Assembly (NCBI RefSeq): GCF_000143415.4
Contig: NW_003314266.1
Coordinates: forward strand, 3,009,964 to 3,073,963
Reading direction: 5' to 3'
DNA: 64,000 nt
Origin: Selaginella moellendorffii
Lineage: Eukaryota; Plantae; Lycopodiophyta
Below the pieces are notes generated by a model. The model saw only the letters and a program-made list of their open reading frames with translations, did not search any database and had not been told where the DNA came from. Positions 56,702-64,000 of this stretch are shown here, piece by piece. The translations under genes and the position numbers were made by a program. How positions within the stretch are numbered: the first letter of the stretch is position 1; the number at the start of each line of letters is the position of its first letter.

Positions 56702-58942
56702 ATGGCGCTGATGCAGCCGTCGTATGGGATCCAGTCCATGCTCAAGGATGGCCACCGCATCTTCTCCGGCCTCGAGGAAGCGGTGCTCAAGAATGTGGAT
56801 GCCTGCAAGCAGCTGTCGCAGATCACTCGGACGTCCCTCGGCCCCAACGGTGAGTGAATCGAGCTCTTTGTTTGTGCCTGAGTGTGAGATTCCTGGCTCA
56901 GGCATGAACAAGATGGTGATCAATCACCTGGACAAGCTGTTTGTGACGAATGACGCGGGGACCATCATCGGTGAGCTAGAAGTCCAGCATCCCGCGGCGA
57001 AGCTGCTGGTCCTCGCGAGCAAAGCGCAGCAGGAGGAGATCGGAGACGGCGCTAATCTGGTGGTGACATTTGCGGGAGAGATCTTGCAAGGCGCCGAGGA
57101 GCTCATTCGCATTGGCTTGCATCCCAGTGAGATCGTCGGAGGCTACACGAAAGCCAGCCAGAAGGTAAGTTCTCAGTTCTTATTTAGTTCTTAGAGATTG
57201 AGATGAAGCTCTTCCTTGTTTCTTTCATCTAGGCACTGGAGATCATCGAACAGCTTGCCGAGCCCGGGTCGGAGACTATGGATTGTCGCAACAAAGAGCA
57301 AGTTGTTTTGAGGATGAAAGCCGCTGTTGCCAGTAAACAGTATGGCCAGGAGGATTTTCTGTGTCCTCTTATTGCTGAGGTTAGTCTCGGGTTGAAAGAG
57401 TTCTTTTATGAACTGATGGAAAAAAAAAACTTTTTTTTTTCAGGCTTGCATTCAGGTTTGCCCCAGGAATCCAGAGAATTTCAATGTCGATAATGTTCGA
57501 GTTGCGAAGCTGCTTGGCGGTGGTCTTCGGGATTCTTGTGTCGTAAGGGGCATGGTGTTGAAGGTCGAGCCTCTTGGGACTGTGAAAAGTGCGACCAAAG
57601 CGAAGGTCTGGACGCTTTTTTTATTTATCCGCCCTCAGTTTCCTTTATGTTCTAGATTGCTGTTTTTGGAGGGGGTGTCGACACTTCAGCTACCGAAACC
57701 AAAGGAACAGTTCTCATTCATTCCGCTGAGCAGCTTGAGAACTACGCCAAGGGCGAAGAAGCCAAGATCGAAGAGCTCATTAAAAGTGTAGCAGAGTCTG
57801 GTGCTAAAGTTATTGTTAGCGGTGGTGCTGTCGGTGAAATGGCGCAGCATTTTTGTGATCGATATGGGTAAGCACGATCTGTGATGATATTATATGTCTC
57901 ACTTTTATTTTCTGGCAGCCTTATGGTTATAAAAATCATCTCCAAGTTTGAGTTGCGACGGTTCTGTAGGACTACTGGTTCCGTGTCGCTGGTATGAGTT
58001 TTGCATGTCTGTCTTTGACGCACTGAATTTTCTTTTATGCAGGTTAAGCTGTCGAGGCCAAGATTTGACGAACTGGGTTACGTCGATAATATAACATCTG
58101 AAGAAATTGGTGGCGCGAGAGTAAGATTTGATCTTTGTATTATTTTCCGGTTTCAAATTTATCTCCGTTTGTCCAGGTGGTCGTAGTGAGGAATGAATCG
58201 GGCGGAAATTCGATTTCAACTCTCGTAATTCGAGGAAGCACCGACAGTGTTTTGGACGATGTAGAGCGTGCAGTTGACGATGGCGTGAATTGCTACAAGG
58301 TTTAAAGCTTTGCTTTTCCTTTTCCTATGAAACTGTTTTTCTTTTTGTTGTGTAGGCTATGTGCAAGGATAGCCGTACAGTTCCTGGTGCGGGTGCAACG
58401 GAGATTGAGTTAGCCAAACAGTTAAATGACATTGCTTCCAAGGAGACAGGGTACTGTGTAGCGTTGTGCTGACATTTCCTATCTAACTTTCTTCTTTGCA
58501 GCTTGGACCAGTACGCGATAAGAAAGTTTGCTCAGAGCTTCGAAGTTGTGCCTCGAACTCTGGCTGAAAATGCGGGTCTAAACTCTACTGATGTGATCTC
58601 GGCTCTCTACGCTGCGCATGCGGGTGGAAATCCCAAGATAGGCGTCGATATTGAGCAGGGATTGTCCGCGCCAGTGGAGACGAGGGATCTGCTTGTAACA
58701 AAGTAAGTTCGTTTGAGGCTTAGTAGGACCTTGCTGACATTTGAAACTTGTGTCAAGGTACTGGGCGATTAAGTTGGCATCGAGAGCCGCCACTACCGTG
58801 CTCAAGATAGATCAGGTAAACATTTCCTCTCTTTTTTTATACGCTTTGTTGTTGACGCTATGCCTTTTGGCAGATTATCATGGCCAAACCGGCTGGAGGC
58901 CCAAAGAAGAATCCCGGAGCAGATGGTGGTGACGAAGACTAG
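56702..58942 (+). CDS. CCT8: Cytosolic chaperonin TCP-1 subunit theta (multi-exon)
   Basis: YGIQSMLKDGH..FSGLEEAVLKN...TRTSLGPNGMNKMVINHLDKLFVTNDA...QEEIGDGAN; FNVDNVRVAK; DQIIMAKPAGGP. Confidence 0.96.
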
Positions 58943-60789
58943 GTAGATTTGCTAACAGTAAGCTGTATCTTTGTAGCGTGTGCTGCATTTTGGGCAGGAT
59001 TTTTAGTAGAGAGGCTCGCGAAGAGCAGCTGACGAGAAAAGTGCACAGTTTTGGATAGTAAGCTTTCTTTGAATAGACAGAAAAAGGGATGTCTGCGTAG
59101 GATTGCGGCATAAAGTATTTAACCAGCTTGCGATCCAATACAGCATAACCACAATCCATTATTTCATCATTTTCTATGATTGATCGCTTTGATTCAAACT
59201 CAAAGTTCTCGCATTAAAATCTTAGCGTTTTAACGAAAAGTGGGTTTGTACGTACCCAGGGCTCTTGGTTTGCTCCAGTTTGCGGAGAAGACTCTTCTAG
59301 ATGATTGAAACAAAAGACTTTTATCTTTTCCATCTTTTATTTTATCTTTGCATAATAATAATAATTAAGGGGAAACACATGCTTCTAGATTGGCGAGCCT
59401 GATGCGTTTCTGCGTCATTTAAGCCGCTGTGCCAAAACACGCCTAACTTGCTCGTGTTCATGGGGTCAAAGTCGCTGGCGTTAAATGTCCAGATAGTTCT
59501 TGAAAGTTTGGATGGACTTGAAATATGCTTGGATTCTAGCATCTGGCTTTTTAATTTCTTCTTTATCTCTAATTTTTTTCATTATTTTTATATGGATGCA
59601 TGCTGGAATATTTGGCGGTGATGGTTATTATATTACGGTTGCATCATATAGTATTAACGTAATTATTTTGAATAAAAATATAAAGACAGATAAATAAAAA
59701 ACTATGAACAAAAATTTTCTCATATCAAAATGCAAAAAAAAAAAACACTTCTCCACCCATGATCATAGTCATTAGAATTTTCGTTCGCAAAACCGTGACA
59801 GCCAAAGAGAAAAAAAAAACAGTTAAGGTCTCTCTTGGCTCAAGACCAAAACCAGAGTGCACGAAAGCAAATCTCAAAACATTCTACGTTGCGGATCTTC
59901 ATAAATCTTTAGGAAAGGAATCTTGCAACCCAAATGCAAAGTCCTTGATCAAAATGGCATGAGAATGTCGACAAACTCAAACGAATTGGATGGATGCTTA
60001 CAACGAGAGAGTTTTCTTGTACCTTGCAGAAGTGATACTTCGTTTTGGAGAGAACAGGAGATTCTTTTCATTTGTGTCAAGACCTCACACCAAACTCAGT
60101 AATGAGTGCTGAAGTACACAAAGAAGAAGAGAGGAAAGGAGATTCTCTTCATTTGCATCAAGAGCTATGCCGCACCGCAAGGTAATGCAGCACGTCGGTA
60201 TTGGCTGATATCACAGCGATGTCAAAACCGCCATGAGGACAAAGCAGGCTCAAGAAATAGATCTCCACCTGCACAAAGGAGTACATGAGGCTTGAACTCA
60301 CCGATCGCTGCATCCACAGCTATCAGATGTGAATGCTTTTCTTAGGGAAAGAAAGAAAAACAAGGCTGGGAAACGCAGTGTCCGAGAGGAGTTTTTATGT
60401 CTCTTCGGGGACACCAGATACAATTGGAACGATACAGAGAAGATTAGCATGGCCCTGCGCAAGGATGACACGCACAAATCGAGAAATGGTCCGAGAGGAG
60501 TTTTTTATTAGTGATAAATAAAAATCCACTATATAATCGTTTTGTGTATCCAAAGTCAAGACCACCTAGCTGCTCAAACGCGCCCCGGAGCTCGCCCGGG
60601 ATTTCACTGCCTAGATTGTGCACTTCTCCTCCACCTTGTGCTGCTTCTTGTGCTGGTTGCTCCAACTCCAGCACTCCCAGTTTGCATTCCACCACCCCCA
60701 CCATTAATCACACCTCGGGTTTGGAGCTACCACTGCTTGTACCCCAGCCATGGGCTCAGGCGCTGGAGGATTTGCCACAGCCAGTCTTG

Positions 60790-61060
60790 CACCATCTCTA
60801 GCACCACCAGCATTTGGTGCATCCAAACCACCTCTAACACCACTAGGCTGAGGTCTTACACCATTGCATCTCCACTACCACCAGCATTTGGTGCATCCAA
60901 ACAACCTCTAACACCACCAGGCTGAGGTCTCACACCATTGCATCTCCACTACCACCAGCATTTGGTGCATCCAAACCCATCTCTAACACCACCAAGCTGA
61001 GGTCTTACACCATTGGCCACAAGAACATCTCCAATACCACCAGCATCTGGCGCATCCACG
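60790..61060. repeat. 74-bp tandem repeat, 3 copies plus a diverged fourth
   Basis: CCAGCAT(T/C)TGG(T/C)GCATCCA at 60807, 60881, 60955 and 61040. Confidence 0.9.
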
Positions 61061-61075
61061 GGCCCATCCATGAGC

Positions 61076-61440
61076 TCAGGTTTGGGACTCAAGTTTTACA
61101 CCATTGTTAGCGTCCCTCCCTCGCCTAGAGTTGCCTTGTTTTCTCCCAAAAGCTGGGCCGCTGCAATCATGATGATGATCCCTACCTACCACTTGTGCAG
61201 GTGCAGGTGCAGGTGCAGGTGCCGGAGTTCCTTGTGCTTCTGCTCCTGCTTCGGTTCCGATCTCGGATTCAGTAGGCGGCTCGTGGAAGTGTTTGTTGCA
61301 TCCGCACGCGGCACAAAAGCCCCAGTCGCCGTCCAAGTTTACCTCATGCATCCGTCCTTCAAGGCCTGCGCCAGGACGAAATCGTCCGTCCCCACGGCAT
61401 CGAACAGCCCTGTGTTCTGTTGCATGCGCCCCACACCTTC
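61076..61440 (-). pseudogene. ZF-HD/mini-zinc-finger-like remnant, frameshifted
   Basis: CAACGCNKHFH resembles the ZF-HD motif CAACGCHRNFH. The upstream DGC and ACNR pieces fall in two other frames. Confidence 0.4.
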
Positions 61441-61890
61441 GTTACAAGTTTCACTTAATTAATCAACATTGCTCTACGTTAACTACTAATAAAGGTTGGT
61501 TTTACTCAACTATAAAATAATCCTATGTAAGAATCACTTTACGTGACGACGTGGTAAAGTGTTTAAAGACATTCTTGTCTCTAACTTTTCGATCTAGAAC
61601 AACGCGGATTCAAGTCTGAATGGAAGTGCTACACAAATGTTTTGGAACCGTTGTTTTTCCGAGACTGACGGCTTTGTCCGCCACGTTTGCTTTCAAAGTC
61701 AGGAAAATATGACTCACACGCAAATAAATAGTTTACCAGTTTGTTTAGAGGTTTGCCGAGAGGAGGACGCTCCTTTATCGTTCTTTCCAGTCTTCTCCCC
61801 CAATTCCCCGATCTGTTCTCGAGGATCTCTCCTCTTCGCTACAACGCCCCGATTTTCTTTCGCTACAACGCTTCCTCCCATCTTCTCAGG

Positions 61891-62430
61891 ATGAAGACGA
61901 TCATCGCCATGGCGCTGCTGGGTCTGTTCTTGAGCTTGGCAGCAGCACAAGCGCCGCAGGACTGCACCGCTCTTGCTACTCGTCTCGCAAGCTGCCTCTC
62001 CTTCCTCCAGGGCCAGGCCCCCGCCCCGGATGCCCTTTGCTGCTCCAACTTGGTAGCCATCAACAACATCAACGCTTCGTGCCTGTGCAGCTTCGCCTCC
62101 ATGACCGGCTCGGCTTCCGGCCTCAACATCAACACCACCCGAGCGCTCGAGCTCCCGTCTCGCTGTAACATCCCAAACGTCACTTGCGAAGGCACTACGA
62201 GTAAGTCTGGCTGACCCCGACGCTTGTCTCTGTGTCCCTGTCTAATGTTTCTTGCTTTCCTGTTCCATCCAGTTCCAGCTCCAGGTCCTACTGGTGAGAA
62301 TGCCCCTCCCCCGCAATCCGGTGCCAATCCACCACCCGGTAGCTCCGCAGCAAAATCTCTATCGTCGTCGTCTTGGCTCGTGCTTGGAGCTGCCATCGTC
62401 GGGTACCTCTCTCTAGCCTCGCTTCAGTGA
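61891..62430 (+). CDS. GPI-anchored non-specific lipid transfer protein (LTPG/xylogen-like), intron 62201-62272
   Basis: Signal peptide, 8-Cys motif (C..C..CC..CLC..C..C), Pro-rich linker and hydrophobic C-terminal GPI signal. Confidence 0.92.
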
Positions 62431-62592
62431 GTGAGAAGTTTTGCGGTTTCTCCTCGGTAGCTTATCGTGTGACCCATTTGTTGTGAAATAAAATCTTTTT
62501 GCATTTTTTTTTCCCTTGTGTGAACTCCGACTACCTGTGTAAGTCGCAATATCAAGAGGAGAAAAGGCGGAGGAAAAGGACTTGTCACTTAC

Positions 62593-63774
62593 TTACAAGC
62601 GAGTGCAAGTAAGATCGAAGTCATCCGGCGCGACTTGGAGTATCCAGGAGCTCAACTTGCGCTTGGATTCGTTGCTGTTGATGGCGGCGAGCTCGTACAT
62701 GCTACACAGGTTGAGCACCAGCGTCTCGTTGAGCGCCGCCTCGGTGTGCTTCTGGAGCACGTCTTCCAGCACCTGCGTCGCCCGGATCAAGTCCCTCGAG
62801 TACATGAGGCACAGCGCCTTGTTGTTGGCAGCCAAAGCATCCCCGGGAGAGATCTCGAGCACCGCGTTGTAAGCTTTCACCGCTGCCGCGTACTGCTTCT
62901 CCACAAAAGCCACCAGTCCCTTGTTCCTTCCCACAAGGCACAGAAGCGAGCTATCGACCTCGCCACCCTTTGCACGCTCGTCCACCAGAGCTTCCACCTT
63001 TGCGAAACTGAGCTTGGCACCATCCACGTCCCCGAGCTGGAGCTGGACGTGCGCAAACTTGGACCAGAGCTCGACGTTCTCTGGATCTCGGGCCAGTGTC
63101 TCGTTCACAAAACGTAGAGCAACGATGTAATCCTTCTGCCCGAGATGGAGATTGATGATCGCAAAGTTGACGATCTCTTTGCGTCGCTTCCACCTCCTGG
63201 CCAGAGCGTTGCTTCGCTGCTCCTCGTCTAGAACACCACCGTCTAGCCGGAACGACGAGAAGATCTCATCGATCTCCTCGCTTTTTCCATCCGCGGCCAA
63301 GGCTTTCTCCTCCTTCTGTGAGCAGTAGTCGAGCAAGCTATACATGCGTTCCATGCTCGTCGAGGCCTGTCCAATCCGGTATGGAATCGCTGCGTGGAGC
63401 CACCGGAGGCTAAACGGGACCATCGAGCCGGAGATCCCTGGATAGACGTCTGGATGATCTTCGTAGAAGAAGCTCGCGTTCTGCAAATCCCCGAGAGCCG
63501 CTAGCTCCTCGGCCGCGCTCGTGTAGTTCCCGAGCTTGGCCAGAGCCAAAATATGATACGTCGTGTGGATGATCCTCTCCTCGGGGCTAAACACCGCCGC
63601 GATCTTGCGCGCTTCCTTGACATTCTCCAGCAGCAAACGCCACGATCCCTTCCTGGCCTGCTCCTGCATGTTCCTGGTGTCGAATCTGGGAGCATTCTTC
63701 TTCTTAAGCGAGGCGGTGCGATTCAGATCCACGGCGGCATTGCTCCTGTCGCCGACGCTATCATCTATCCCCAT
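62593..63774 (-). CDS. TRAPPC12: Trafficking protein particle complex subunit 12 (TTC15)-like TPR protein, intronless
   Basis: GSMVPFSLRWLHA, TPR-like helices, NNKALCLMY, LVLNLCSMYEL and C-terminal DDFDLTCTRL. Confidence 0.85.
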   Translation of the reverse strand: MGIDDSVGDRSNAAVDLNRTASLKKKNAPRFDTRNMQEQARKGSWRLLLENVKEARKIAAVFSPEERIIHTTYHILALAKLGNYTSAAEELAALGDLQNASFFYEDHPDVYPGISGSMVPFSLRWLHAAIPYRIGQASTSMERMYSLLDYCSQKEEKALAADGKSEEIDEIFSSFRLDGGVLDEEQRSNALARRWKRRKEIVNFAIINLHLGQKDYIVALRFVNETLARDPENVELWSKFAHVQLQLGDVDGAKLSFAKVEALVDERAKGGEVDSSLLCLVGRNKGLVAFVEKQYAAAVKAYNAVLEISPGDALAANNKALCLMYSRDLIRATQVLEDVLQKHTEAALNETLVLNLCSMYELAAINSNESKRKLSSWILQVAPDDFDLTCTRL

Positions 63775-63832
63775 CGATCGATCCTGGATCTATCTCATAC
63801 CTCGACGCGCGCTCGCTCGCTCGCTCGCCATA

Positions 63833-63905
63833 AACCCTAAATTTCGAGCAATCACAAGGGCGGCATCCAACGGCCCAGATCTCCTTGGTCATGGCGCCAC
63901 GTGTC
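63833..63905. promoter_or_regulatory. TRAPPC12 promoter motifs: telo-box AAACCCTAA, MSA-like TCCAACGGCC, G-box GCCACGTGTC
   Basis: Motifs at about 63833, 63866 and 63896. Confidence 0.45.
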
Positions 63906-64000
63906 TCTATTTCCGTTGTGGCCTTCTATCTTTAGACCGTCGGATTGGCGTCGCCTTGTGGAAAGTGTGCGTGCTGGTCTTGTGGGAAGGAGAAACGTGT

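Overview
This is eukaryotic plant nuclear DNA. Gene-dense GC-rich blocks with very short introns (many 45-70 nt) alternate with AT-rich, CpG-depleted blocks of dead transposons. The tiny introns, four intronless PLS-class PPR genes and an ERK7/MAPK15-type kinase point to a spore-bearing land plant, most plausibly the lycophyte Selaginella (inference). Genes in order: chalcone-synthase-like type III PKS (partial), SDH2, a CYP71-clan P450, two paralogous AT-rich small secreted proteins interleaved with a DUF760 gene and its inverted pseudo-copy, ClpC, PPR, DNA polymerase lambda, LOG2-like RING E3, RAMP4/SERP1, two convergent PPRs, ALG1, MAPK15-like, a PPR with an unusual N-terminal domain, tRNA-Asp, TEL/Mei2-like, a KASH/WIP-like protein, VDAC, CCT8, a GPI-anchored LTP and TRAPPC12. 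Mobile DNA: two decayed Copia elements and a complete-boundary Mutator-like element (about 270-290 bp TIRs, 9-bp TSD). Most interesting: (1) the two intronless, very AT-rich secreted proteins with a microbial-looking 'G.GGW..W.F.G' C-terminus (horizontal-transfer or defence-protein candidates); (2) a PPR fused to an 'FGxHKG...YLxW' (DUF3820/QSregVF_b-like) domain, directly downstream of a same-strand tRNA; (3) a P450 with the I-helix Thr replaced by Asn and an inverted copy of its own 5' end 117 nt past its stop codon, about 6.6 kb from a type III PKS; (4) very compact bidirectional promoters coupling PPRs to housekeeping genes. All family calls come from motif recognition by eye; no database search was run.
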